This document shows, piece by piece, positions 49,471 through 62,800 of a stretch of DNA of 64,000 nt. The first letter of the stretch is position 1; the number at the start of each line of letters is the position of its first letter. The translations under genes were made by a program, and so were the position numbers. The notes under the pieces were generated by a model. The model saw only the letters and a program-made list of their open reading frames with translations, was not told the DNA's origin and did no database searches. Origin of the DNA: Pavona decussata (taxonomy: Eukaryota); the NCBI GenBank assembly GCA_977016875.1, contig CDRNST010000191.1, positions 1,054,001 through 1,118,000 of the forward strand, in the 5' to 3' direction.

Positions 49471-52400
49471 TATTTATTTGTTTATTATATTTTATTTCCC
49501 CCCCTTAAATTTGACCGAAATCCACTGAACAAGGATTGGTGCAACCGACTCGCTAAGAAACCAGACGAACTATGTCAGTGTATATTAATTTAAAACTGGC
49601 GTTATCTGCGTAGCCTTCAAAAGTCTCAAGAGTGTCGAGAACACAGCAATTTTATAGTAAGCCCAACCTCGGAAAATCTTTATGGCTTGGCATTTGTAAA
49701 GAGAGATTGAATACTGGCAAAGGCACTTGGTTTAAATGACACACACAGGTTGCCAGCTATCTCGATTATTGTAAACGCTTCCCATCAAAAAAAAAAAAAA
49801 AAAAAAAAAAAGACGATTATTACTCGTTACCACCATTTTCCTTTCATTGTGGTGGTTCCCAGACTCTCATATGAAAATGACAAAAAGGTCTGTCTTATAT
49901 AAAGTACCCAAATTCAGGGCTAGGTGCATTTCTGGACATAATTGCAGACCCCTACGGTGCTAATGGCAACTTCTGATCAAAAGCTCATCTCCCCTTTGAA
50001 GAAAGCAATAAATACGATTTGGCGAAACGGAATGGGTATTAAAGGGCTCGTGTATAAAAACATGACGATTAAAAAAAAAAAAAAACAGTGAGCTTGATAT
50101 TTTGTCACAACCGGGCTAGTTCAGCATAATACAATGCGGAGGAGCCTAAATGTACCTATTGCAACGTCTCGCATTATTGGTCGAGAGAACAAAAGAACGA
50201 ACATCAAAACTATAGAGATGCAGGTTCAGGATCCAGCGAAAATAGACGGCTGAGAACAGGTGCAAGCGTACTCTGTAAGATGTACTGAGCGTACCAAACG
50301 TACCGAGTGTTCTGAATCTAACAAACACCCCGACCGATTAAACAGATTGTACCGAATGTATCGACTCCATGAACGTAGTGAAAGTAAAAGAGATCATCTA
50401 TGTTTAGTGATGGTGTTAATTAATTCTATAGAGGGCTTCTTTTAAGCTTGGTGTCACTTGTCTGTTGTAATTAAAACTGGTACAAATGTCAGTGATCAGT
50501 AACATTTAACATATATCAGTGAGACTGTAAGCCAATTTTTCATGTGTCGGAAATAACTCCTTTCATGCTCTCATTGCCAACGTATTAGCTCTTAAAATTA
50601 GGCCCCCAAAGGTCCTAGCTATTTATGCCTCAGCGCGGCCATTTTCGCACGTTGCCATGGTTTCACTTTTTTGCTGGGGATGGATATTACGTGGAACCAT
50701 TTGGTATCTTTTGGCCACAAAGTAGTCGTTAAGTGCAAGCAACGTTACGATAAAATGATGGTACAATACTAATTGCTTAATGAAACTGAACATTAGGGAC
50801 TTGTGTTGTTAATCGAGTGACTGAATCTCTAAAAGTGGGTCAAAAGGGGGTTAAACTAACAATTTAGAATTTACCTTCTGGTAAAATACGCAGTTGAAGG
50901 TCGAGCCATTCAAAGTTTGCGGTATGGAAATTTGTTTTACATATGTTTTTTGTTTTGTTTGTTCTTTTGTTTGTTTTTTGTTTTATTTATCAACCTAATG
51001 TATTTTTATTAACTTCAGGTGATTTGTTTTTATATGGAGTATTTGACTCTTTTACAAATCATCCTTGTGACTTTTTTATTGTATTGTAAATTATAATGCC
51101 ATTAAATTGTTAAAAATAAATCAGACTCGTGCATGCAAGATGAATTCACCTTGTGAATCCATTAATCCTGTCTCCCCGGCTGTAGACACGCAAAGAACTC
51201 AGTTTTTTTTTCCTTAATACCACCCAGTGGTTATTTGCGCTAATCCTCGCGGAATGTTATCAGCTTTCTTTGACAGAAAACCGGGATACAACAAGTGGCT
51301 GAGTGATTTCTCGGTTCCCAGCAAAGACCTGTTCTTGCTCAGGCTCCTACTTCGCTTAAACTCCGGAAGTCTAATGAACCGATACTCCTAGGATTATACA
51401 CGCTGAACAAGACAAGGTGCAAAACAAATCGCGTGTTTTTTTACTGTAAGTACTACTTAGCAACAGACTTGGAAGGCTAGCCTTAGGGCTGTTACAAGTT
51501 TACTAGTTCTGCACTGACCACCAGCTGACAGATGTAGAAATTTCACTGGACTGTTAAAGTTTTGGACATAGTCATTTTATACGTTCTTCATGCATAATAT
51601 CCACTTTGATAGCTTGCTTTCTGTAGCCATGGAATTTGAGCTAAATGAAATTAGTCGTGAAGTGGGTACTCTCTGGTCTGGTGAACTTTTTCAGGCGAGT
51701 GTTATTATGCAGTCTGAGTGCCGCTCTCGTCTTACTATTAATTAAATAACAGTAAGATTTCCTGTGTAAATAATCCATAGCACATTTAAATCCTGTCTAA
51801 TCTAAAACGATATGCCATGCCCACAAAGGTAACGCACACGAAACAGGTTGGCAAAACAAGGAATAAATACAATAAACACCGGTAAGGGATCAGATGCTTG
51901 TTATCGTGTATCTAACCGACGTGTACTGATGGCCCCCTGGAAATGAACGTAAAAAACTCTACTAATGTTAAAAAATCAAGAAATTTGAAAATTGAAATAA
52001 GCGTCCCCGCGGGAAATACCTAGCCTAACAAATTGACACAAGTAATCAAATTTAAATTGTTGATTGTACTGAATCCTATACAGAAGGCAAAGACACGTCA
52101 TCAACTGGTGAACAACTCTACAAAAGTTGCTTCAAATGATGCCTTTATCGAATTAAGCAAAAATATACTTCATACAAGGAGTCAAAGTAACCTTATAGTT
52201 TAAGAACTACATTGAAAAAGGAGAAAATAACCCATACTTTTGTTTCTCGGTTATCAATGCCAAGTACCGGCAGATAAACAAATTTCAACAAGAAAACACC
52301 TTGTACTTAACTGAGGCTCCGCCATCTATTCTAAATGCCAACGCTGATCTTTTGTGAAGTGAGGACTGATTTACATGATAATATATAATAGTGGCACTGT

Positions 52401-52988
52401 TACAACTTGCAAAACAGGTCCGCAGTGCGTACAAGTAATTTCTGTATTTGTCAGCACTGTACTATATTCTCTCCGGCCTCAACGGTTACTGGAATACTCG
52501 GAGGTAAAGCGAAACGGGCGTATCACTCCCATTAGATAGAGGGCAATCTCGGTCCGGCGCTTTCTATCAGAGCCCGTGGCTCTGTATCCTATAGAACACT
52601 GGCGGCTAGTGTTTTGGGAATTCCTTAGAAACGATGACAAATCTTTTTATTATGGCAGTAAAAACTTCAGGATGCCCAGACATCCTTAACTATGATTGGG
52701 CGGCCAACGACCAAAGTCCTTACAATTAAAATCCCAATTCCTAATCATAAAGATCCTAGTAATTAAATTCTAAAACTATTTACTATCCATAAAATCCTCA
52801 ATCTAAATACTAAAACTTCTGCTCCTCACGATGGAAACACTTAAAAAAAAATAAATAAAAAAGTATAATAAAACGCCTAATGTCCATTATTTCAAAAGCT
52901 TTAAGCGCCTCGCAATATTGAGTGAGCTTGTGATGACTGATTTCTGTATCTGCAGAGCTATTGTGTCGCTTTTATCTCCCACTAGCTC

Positions 52989-53027
<39 letters not shown>

Positions 53028-53139
53028 TATTATTATTTTCTTAGTGTTCAGTCATGTAAAATTTATTATGTTCCTTTATAATAGCGTGATTTTTCAACTA
53101 GCTGAGGTTATTTTTTATTTTATTTATTTATGTTTTTAA

Positions 53140-53155
53140 GGACGGTGCCTACTAT

Positions 53156-53187
<32 letters not shown>

Positions 53188-53525
53188 GAGATACTGGGTG
53201 GTGCCTGCTAATACAGAAAAATTTTTTGCGCGGTTTAAAACTATACGGAGAAAGCAGAACTTAGCAAACGCTTTTGGTATCTCGAAAGAAAATTGGGGGT
53301 AACCATGCATTTTTCAGAGATAATTAAGCTTCAATTTAGGAAAAAAATCTCATACATTGCTTCATATTTTGGCGCTTTTTAAAGATATCATTGCTTAATT
53401 ATCTCTGAAAAATGCGTGGCTACCCCCAATTTTCGTTTTGGATTCCAGTAGGCCTTCCTAAGATCTGCTTTTCCCACATAGTCATAAACCGCACAAAAAT
53501 ACTTCGATATTAGTAGGCACCGTCC
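53140..53525. mobile_element. TTAA-flanked MITE (Kolobok-like)
   Basis: TTAA-GGACGGTGCCTACTA...TAGTAGGCACCGTCC-TTAA, a perfect 15-bp TIR. Also a long internal inverted repeat (~53290-53330 versus ~53393-53432). Confidence 0.9.
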
Positions 53526-53620
53526 TTAATTACTGTAGGCAAACTGGTCTAACTGAGAAGGTGTCAAAATTATTGCCTACTTTTCAAGCTCTTCTCTTGT
53601 GTTTCATAAAACTGGTTTAA

Positions 53621-53980
53621 AGGGGAAGTATCACGCGAAAAAAGCCAAAAATGTTTGTCTGTCAACAGAAACGAAAAAGAAATTGTCTAGTTTGGTTATA
53701 AACTATCACTCCAGTGCAATAAAACTGTCGATTAGTGCCTCTGGCCAGAGACACAGTAGGCAGGTATGGATTGAAACTTGAAAAATGTTAGGCTAACGCT
53801 TTTCAAGTTCACGCATTTTTTGGTTTTCCAAAATGCGCTAGAACAGATCGCGGGTTGTTCCTTTTAAGAATTGAGTTGATTTCTTTCCTCTCGTTGTTCA
53901 AGAGTTTTTTCGTAGCTAAGCGAAGGTCTAATTTCACTATTTTTAACAAAAGAGGTCAAAAACCCCATGATACTTCCCCT
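53621..53980. mobile_element. TTAA-flanked MITE (Kolobok-like)
   Basis: TTAA-AGGGGAAGTATCA...TGATACTTCCCCT-TTAA. A second copy lies at 16835-17189. Confidence 0.9.
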
Positions 53981-56029
53981 TTAACTTGAGTGTTTCTCTT
54001 TCACTTAATATGGCCCCGTTGGTAACCCTGAAGCACCTTCTGGAACTATTCCATATATATTCCCTTCTGTATGTTCTTGTTTTGTCTTTAGTTCCATCAC
54101 GAAACCGTGAGGTGAGGGCCTTGAAAATTTACAGCGGGTACCACGTAAACAACTATGAGCTGCAGCCGGCAAGCAGACGTTTTCGTTTCCCAGCACTAAA
54201 CGTAAAAGAGAGAAACAAAATGTCATCTTAAAGTTGAAGCTTATTGGATTTGGTACAAAAGCACTTCATGCAGATCACCTTAGGTGCGAGATCTACCAGA
54301 AGTGGCCCAGCAGTGCACAGTCATAGGAACATGTCATTGAATCCAATTATAATTATGTTTTCGAAGATTACAATGTCTCTAATACCAATTAATCCAAGGA
54401 TCGGACTTCAAATCTAAGAAGGGGGAAGTGTAAGTAGCCTCACAAAAAAAACTTAGCTTGTAGCCTTCATAAGATTTGATAATTGCACAAATAGGTGTAT
54501 ATGACACTTCCGATCCGTGAAACGCCTTGCTCAGGTTATGGATCAGTTTAGAGACCAGACACTCATTTGTCTAAGTCATTTCTAAGCAGAGGATTTTCCA
54601 ATCTGTTTTTGGAATGGATATCTATCGAGCGGCTGTAGGTTTTTCCTTTTGTTGTACTAAATACACTCGGTGTTTAAAAAATTGCTTAAAATTACAAGGA
54701 TTTTGCGACTTATCTTTCCGATCTTTGTCGATAAACATTCTACACATAACAGAACCTTTCGGACACGACACTTTTGGGAAATAAACTTACAATAACATGG
54801 ATTTGTTTGATCTCAAGGTGAGATAATTGTTTCTATTACGCAGGGAATCCCCTCCATAAGATCTAATTAATTGGAACAAAGAATCTTACAATCGAAAATT
54901 CCAGCAAAATAGAGATTCCAACCCACTGCATACACCTATTGATAAGTCGCCTAATCCTCAAATGACTCAAAGAATGTCTTTGTCAGTAAGCTTAGTGATA
55001 AATAGGATCTGCTGTCCAAGGTTACGTTGCTTCAGTCTGCAATCCTCGAAACAAATGTGTGCGAGAGCGTTTTTTAAGAAACACAACCGTAAGGCGTTGA
55101 AATGGTGACCTGAAGGAACTAAAGGTGAAAAAGTGTTCAGTCTTCGGCTACGTAAGTAGCAATATTCATTTTGATTCATCGAGTCACTACATACTGCTGT
55201 GTGAGTCACGTGACTGCAAAACAGTGTTGGTCAACCATTTAGGCACGGCCAGTGCGTCAGTCGAAGATAAGAAGTAGCGAACGGGACAAATTATAACATA
55301 ATAAATTATCGGGATAAAAAAAAACGTTTTCCATTTTAGCAATTGCTAAAATCGCATTTTATCGTTACAAATTTCAGAAAGATAATACTGTTTTGCAGTC
55401 AGGCATTTGGTTATGGAATTGTCAGCACGAGCTTGCCTTTATAACGCATTCTGCGTCGATTGCGAAACCCCAGTTGAAGTTTTTGGCTTACATAAGGATC
55501 ACTAGATTAAGTTTAGTAAAGGTAAGGGTTATTAGTGAACTAAAAATCCTTGTAATTCTTTATATAGCGAGTGAAATACTGTAGCTATCTATCATGATCT
55601 ACTGGCAACTGAATTACAGTTGAATCTACTAAGCTTCAAGCACCGGATGCGGTCCTGTGGATTTCAAACTCCGACTAATTCTAATCATGCCTAAGGACTG
55701 AATTCATTCTTTGCGGGGGATTCTTCTCGCCGAGAAGAATCCCGTTTTAATGGTTTTCGGTTCTTTGCTGGAGAGCAATTAATCATGAGCTAAGTTGTTT
55801 CAGTGGCTCTAAGACAACTTAATTGTATTGATAGGTCAAAAACACGACCTTGGTAAAAAAACAACAACAAAGTTTATCCCTTAATCATTTAATCATGTTT
55901 GTCTTGTGTGATATATAACTAACCTTCCGTGTAACAATATTATATTTACTTAACTAATTACATCTACTAACACAATGTTTGTAAAAGCAAGAAGTAATAT
56001 TGCCGGCAGTCTTTCAGGAGAAATAACAG

Positions 56030-56810
56030 TTTTTTTTTTTTGTAATTTGTTTATTTTTATTTTAGCACACGTTACAATACTTAAAGAAATTAATTAACTA
56101 ATTACAGTTTACAGCTTATCTACAACATAAAAAGAGGAAACAAAGGAAAAGTTACAATTTACAAAACACTGCTCGGAATAAGTTACTTAAAAACACGAAA
56201 CAGTACTTACAAATAACTACTTACAAGAACTTATTTACAAAACACTGCTTTCAAACCTACGATTCACAACTAGTGAAGAACACACGAAGAAGGAAAGAAA
56301 AGGAGAAAAAAAAAAAAAAAAAAAAAAGACCGAAAAAATATTATGAAATAAATAGCAAATTTAAGGAGACCAAACTTAATGTAGGATATGATAAGGTTAA
56401 TTTAATTTTCTGCTAGGTGTTTAAAGCTGCTACTAACTTTTCCCATTTTTTAAAATGAGTAGCGAGTTTATCCCTCTCCCTCGCAATATGGAGTTCGATA
56501 TTATACACACGTCTTATCCTGGCAATAAAGCCTCTCAACGAAGGTAAACTTCCAAGGCATTTCCTTACATAAATATAATATTTACCTAACAGCATAACAT
56601 GATTAATTAGAAAGAAATCTTCCGATTCTTCAAAAATTCCTAAAAACAAACCTATCTCATTGAACGATTCTAAAACAATGTTATATTCTTTGAGCCAGGA
56701 CAAGACTTCTTTCCAAAATTCAGAAGACACTTTGCAACGAGAGAGTAAATGTTCTAACGATTCTGGTTCTTCATTGCAAAAAGTGCAATTTGGAGATTGC
56801 ATAATAACAG
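56030..56810 (-). mobile_element. 3' fragment of an L1/Tx1-like LINE (zf-RVT C-terminus, 3' UTR, polyA)
   Basis: ORF 56413-56802 reads CTFCNEEPESLEHLLSRC..FW..GKYYIY..KW. The T-run at ~56031-56041 with adjacent TTTATT is the polyA tail and signal on the - strand. Confidence 0.85.
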
Positions 56811-56950
56811 TTCAGGAAATAACAGTTCAGGACAGTTCAGTCCTCAATTGAACAATGTATCAAGATTCGCTAATCCGTCTGTAGGGGTATGTTCATTATA
56901 ACTGCTAGAGAAGGACCAAAATCCTCTTGATTGATTGAATTCATTCAGTC

Positions 56951-57193
56951 NNNNNNNNNNNNNNNNNNNNNNNNNNNNNNNNNNNNNNNNNNNNNNNNNN
57001 NNNNNNNNNNNNNNNNNNNNNNNNNNNNNNNNNNNNNNNNNNNNNNNNNNNNNNNNNNNNNNNNNNNNNNNNNNNNNNNNNNNNNNNNNNNNNNNNNNNN
57101 NNNNNNNNNNNNNNNNNNNNNNNNNNNNNNNNNNNNNNNNNNNNNNNNNNNNNNNNNNNNNNNNNNNNNNNNNNNNNNNNNNNNNNNNNNNNN
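56951..57193. other. Assembly gap
   Basis: Run of N. Confidence 1.
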
Positions 57194-57689
57194 AGGAGAC
57201 AGAAAATTGTCTGATTTTTATTTTACAGCATATGGTAGACAAAAGAATATGTATGTCTGGTAATAATACTGAGCTATGAGTTTGTTTGTTAAATAAAAAT
57301 ATACGGCTTTCAAATTTTGAAATAAGAATAGTCAGTTCTTAAATGAAAACATAAACTGATCTAACTAGAATAAGTGGATGTCGTAAAATTTAAGCAAATT
57401 AAGTTCCTTGAAGATTGGGTCGCTGTATGGGAGTATCACAATTGGACTTGTAACAGTTAAACTGATAACAATTTTAAGTTTTATAAGCTTAAAAGCTTAT
57501 AAGAAATCGTTAATTTTATACTATTTATAACAGGTAAAAACTAAATAGACTTTCCATTCTACATAGGTCACAGCGGTTAATGTTGTTGTTGTTGTTGTTC
57601 TTTTTTTAATGCTTTTAAGCCCTATTTCCTTATACAGCTTATTAAAGGGGACGTATCACGGGGATTTGACCTTTTATCGTGGTGAAATA

Positions 57690-58133
57690 CAGTAATAGCC
57701 CACGTATAAGAACCTTAATTTTCCAATTTAGCCTAAATAGGTTCTTATATAAATGGTACTTAAAGCAAATTTAGGCTACCAAGGTTCTTAAAATAGGTTC
57801 TTATGTTTTCATATGAATTTCATCTGAATATACTATAATTATATATTATAAATATCATTTCATAATGCAGTTTAATGGCAAACACAATAGACATACAACA
57901 TGGTACTTCAGCTTGAAAGAAAAAAAAGGAATGTCAAGTTACTTTTAAATACAGATGTAGATGATGATCTTAATTCAGCAGTTTCTACCTATACACTTTC
58001 ACAGCAACCCCACTGATAAGAACCTAACTTAAAATTTTGGTCCAAATAGGTTCTTTTGTGGAGGGGGTTTAAAATGAAAATTTTAGCCTAACAGGTTCTT
58101 AAAACCCAGGTTCATATACGCGGGCTATTACTG
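57690..58133. mobile_element. Tc1/mariner(pogo)-like MITE, nested in a Kolobok-like MITE remnant starting at 57646
   Basis: TIR CAGTAATAGCCCACGTATAAGAACCT / AGGTTCATATACGCGGGCTATTACTG, with TA on the left only. Internal AGGTTCTTA repeats. The host begins TTAA-AGGGGACGTATCACG. Confidence 0.78.
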
Positions 58134-59524
58134 GAACTCCTTCACTTAAGTTACAAAATAATTATAGAACACCAAGAAAAAGAAATCAACTGAATTCTTG
58201 AAAGGAACAACTCATGACCTGCTCTAGTGAATTTTGAAAACGAAAAGCGCGAGAACTTGAAAACAGTTGGCTAACTATTTTCACGTTGCAGTCTATTTAC
58301 AGTCCATCTGTGGTCAGCGACACTCATCGCGGCGATCGTCTTAGTACACTGATGACAAGAGCGAAAGCTTGACGTGTTTAATTTGATTTCTTGTCTCACT
58401 GGAAGGAAATTCAGGTCCCTAACGAAAAAAATAATTGTTTGTTATTCACTTGAAATCTGATTTGTCTGTTCAGTTGACTTGTTACTCAGTCGGTAAGAGG
58501 ACGCTCAGTATCTTACCAACAGTTCCATGACATAGGTGCACGTCCCCTCGATTCCTGTGAAGTAGTTTGAACTTTCCGTTGTCACAGACACTGAGCTAGT
58601 GGGCCTAGAAAAATAATCGATTGAGTACAATTTCCGGAATCAATCGAGCTCCATCCTGAACTCACTCAAATTTCGTTGTTCGATGGCGTTCAATTAACCA
58701 ACTCAATTGAAGTCAATCCATGCATGGATTGAGTGCGATTGCGTTCGATTACCTCTCTCCTACGCACGCAGAGGCCTCTTTTGCGCTCGCGAGGAGACAA
58801 ATAAGGAGCGTGAAAGAATGAGGAGCGCGAGGGTCGAGCGGAGACTAATAAGGGACTGGAGAGAATGAAACAATGACGAGCCCGGGGGACCCATTTTTCC
58901 TCCCATTTCTGACTTTTCGCGCGTGAAGGCGCCTATGAAGGCGTATGAAGGCGCCTCTGTGCATGTCTTCAGAGAGAGAGTCAACCACGTTCCCAGGGTC
59001 TCTCTTGCAGGAGGAAGAGAAAGGAGGTTGGGAGGGAGTTCGATTGGCTACGCCGCCGGGTCGCGTAGTTTTTGCCCCTCATTCGTATATTACTTTCAGA
59101 TCAGAGGGGGACAGCGGCTCGTTGCAAAGTGGCAGTCAAGGATTGAATTAGATACAACCAGGGCTCGTTAAATTTATTCATTCATTCCTAATTCGTTCAT
59201 TCTTTCATTTATTTACTTTCATAATATAGCTCGAGCGTGAGGCGTGAATGTATAAATGACGCATTTTTGTGCGTGTGAAGCTTCTAAATCGTTACGAAAA
59301 GAGAAGATTCTAGATTACACCTAAAATAGTAAAGCCTTACCAAAAAATAAATGACTTAAAGGAGGTCGACCTTGCGTGTTTTAAAAGCTATTATTAGCTA
59401 TTATTTTTAATTTAATTTATGGATTTGTCCAGACGAGGGCCCAGACTGAAGGAAACTCACTGTACTATTTTGATTCTGCTGGTGCCAGCTGTAAAAACGA
59501 TTTGCATTCCATCTTCCATTGGTA

Positions 59525-59836
59525 TCAACATGGAACCAACTTTATGGAGGAACGGAAAATGTTCAGTTTATTGTTTACATTTGTTTTCCTTACGCTAATA
59601 GTCCATTTGCAATCGCCCGAGGCTCTTACTACCCAGTCATGTGGCAAATCTGGTTCACACCTGCTTTCCGGCCAGAACAAATTTCTCTTATTGTCTTCCC
59701 ATTTTGGACTGAAGATCTCCCTTTGTATCAGACAGAAGCCCACCACAGTGATCGCTCTTAATGCCAGTTTGCAAAGTTTCCGTGATTTCAAAAGCTTCTT
59801 GTAAAAGTCTTTAAAACAAAGGACATCATCTCGCAT
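59525..59836 (-). CDS. Possible small orphan protein (~103 aa)
   Basis: ORF MRDDVLCFKDFY...KLVPC, with upstream CCAAT (~59874-59880) and CACGTG (~59889). No recognisable domain. Confidence 0.3.
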   Translation of the reverse strand: MRDDVLCFKDFYKKLLKSRKLCKLALRAITVVGFCLIQREIFSPKWEDNKRNLFWPESRCEPDLPHDWVVRASGDCKWTISVRKTNVNNKLNIFRSSIKLVPC

Positions 59837-62800
59837 GCGACTGCAAAGTGGCACTTTTCAAGACGCCATTTCCTGATTGGCTGCGTCCACGTGCTGGTAT
59901 TGTAATAGGCATGCTCGGACACGGGTCGCTAAAAAACAAATGTTTTCGATAAAAGCGCCAACTGAGGAGGTTATTGCGTGACAGTAGCTTGGTACGAAAA
60001 GGATTGCAAGTCTCGATTGTGAAATAGTGGTTTGAACACTTCGGCTGATAGCACCCGTCTGTTTTGCTTTGGCGGCGTAAATTCACGCGGATTTAGAATT
60101 ACAAGCGGTGCGAACAATGGCCGGCATCGAGTGTTAACAAAAGCAGATGTACTTTTGTTTGTGCGGGTCATTGCAACAGCTGTTTGTCACCGCGTGTTGC
60201 GGAATTTGCATACGTTGACAAATTCCTAAAAGTTAAAGCGAAACGGAGCTTTAAATAACAATTTCATAATTAATTGTACCCTAAAAACATTTTGGGTGTG
60301 TATCTCGCGGTTAAAGTATTAAAAAGGTCACTTTGTCAGGCGAAATATATTTTCTGTGTCGCTTGCGGGACATAAACAATGGACGAAATTGAAAAACAAT
60401 ACAATGGTCTGGAGCACGTTTGTTGACGGTTTGTCAAAGATCCACTAATTGTTTCAAGGGCAAGTCGGGGCGAGCAGAGTTGAATCCATCTTATCTTGAA
60501 GAACCACGCGGGTCCAGTTCACACTCATCGAATTTCATGGAGACGCGTTTAGCTTGAGACGTGAACTTATACACCGTGGGAAAAAAGTTTGACGGAAACT
60601 TTTAAGCACAAATATTGAGGTAAGGAAACAAATTTTGTTTTTTGAGCCGATCAACGACGCTGTTCTTCGGAAGCGAGAAGGGTGATCAGTCGACAGATGT
60701 GGGAATTTTACTTTCAGGAAGACAATAAATTTTTCATCTGTCGTGCTTGATGGGCCAACACAAGCTCGCGTTGTCTCTAAACGCAGTAAAAACATATTTT
60801 CATTGTAGGTAAACTTTTTATAAACTATGCTGTGGGAATTTTATTGATTTGGAAGAACAGAAATGTCAAAGCGATCTTGAGACCTTTTGTTTGAATCTCT
60901 GTCGGACCACACATGGCATTGACAACGAAGCTTGGTTGTTTGAACACGATCTCTGCCAATTTTGTTCCTTTATTTGGATGTCAAATATGTTGTAACTTTG
61001 CCTTGTGAAAGTGGCAGTAGTAAATAGAAAAAAAACTATTTCTTTGGGTTGCAAATGGAAAATTATAAAGCAAATTACTGTTGGAAGAAGTTAATAGTGA
61101 GCTGTTGAGATCGAAAACAGAAAATTGGTAGTTTAGTCCCACCACAAATCCGATTACTTCTATCGTTAGCAAGATGAACTAGTTACCTAATTTGTAGTTG
61201 ATTTTAAAGCTGAATTGTCTGTGTGTTCGTCTTTATCAATGAATATCTAAATAAGCAAAGCGTGGTGAAACACCGTCGCCTGTTTCTTGCTTCGATATCA
61301 AAATGTAACAACGTTACCGATATATTTAGGTTAATTTTGCTAAAAATAACTTTTCCCCGTCGCGATAAAATGCTCTCAAAATCTATATTATTATTTCAAC
61401 GAAGGGATGGGATATTCGAAGCAGCAATATTAAATATGACGTTTAATATAGTTCTATTTTTGTGATTCGATCATCTGTATTTATATCATTTGTCGGTTGC
61501 ATGTTGATCGCTCCTACTTGGGGAATACATATTATGACATAATATGCGATTAACACAGTCTATATATTGTAACATTTTAAGCGACTAACTTTCGTCGGTG
61601 TTTTAGTATTTAGTTAATATACCGACACGAAATTAAGCAAGTAGTTCCGACTTGCAACTGATTATCGATGATTTGAGGTTTAAAACGAACATTTATTGAC
61701 GTTGTTCGGCCAGTGGTTATGCTGGTTCAATATTTCAATTTACTTTGTTGGAAAAGACTATTCATCTGTGCACTCGTGATTAGACGACTTGGCAAAAATA
61801 TATTCTGATCATGATTTTACATGCCGTTAGGAAGATCGCGAAGGAGACTCTGCTCGCAGGGTATGACACTGATAAGTGCTTCGTCAATTATCACAAATGT
61901 ATTTCCCCCGCGATAGGAATTTTATTTAGTACGGTGGATGGTGATTTGTTTTACATCAGTTTACTTGCAGAAGTTAAGGCTGGTACATAATCGCTACAGG
62001 AAAGATCAGATGGTAGCTACAGTTCTTTAGCAAATGACTGTTTGGGTTGCTAATGGCAGCAGAAGTCTTCAGAGGGAATTATTTGCCAGTGTAAACAAGC
62101 TCGTAGTTATTTTATTTTTGCAAGGTTCATTTGTTTTAAGAGTTGCCTATTCATCAGTCAAAGCTTTCGATCATGAAAATCGAAAGCGAATAGTCTATTT
62201 GTTATAGTTTATAAATCTTGATAATTGATATTCCGTTTGTTTCATACTAAACGTTGTTATTTTGAAGTTATACTGCGTAAATCGAGAGCATTTTTACTTC
62301 TAATTGCACTATGGGTCACAAAACAGTGAGTAACGAATCCAATTACGGCATTCGAGTCGAACAAGGAGTTTTTCCTACCACATAGAAAACCAGGGGAAAA
62401 GGTGAAGGTTATTGACTGGGATTGTAAAAATAGGATTTGCTTTGATAGAAAAAGAACAAACCCGTGGGATACATAGCGATGAAGAGAAATCGATATTCAA
62501 TGGCGTATGGATTAAGTTTACATTATATAGCACTTGGATTTGAGTTTTTCACCTGAAAGTCTAACAAGTTTTGTCATCAAGTTTATACGCATCTGCACAT
62601 AATGTAAGACTCTTTATTTCCAAATACTGTAGTCCCTCAGTTTTGCTGCCTGCCTAGTCTTCTGGTAAATGAAACCTATAAAACATGTTTCAAAATATGT
62701 ACCTTGCCATTCCAACTTTTGTCATGATAGTATTACACCAGAGCTATCTGTAACTATGATCGCAACTTTCCAGTGCTGGTCTTTTGGGCGCCAAGTTTAT

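Noticed and set aside
56844-57279. ORFs with long X runs
   Set aside because: Artefacts of the N gap.
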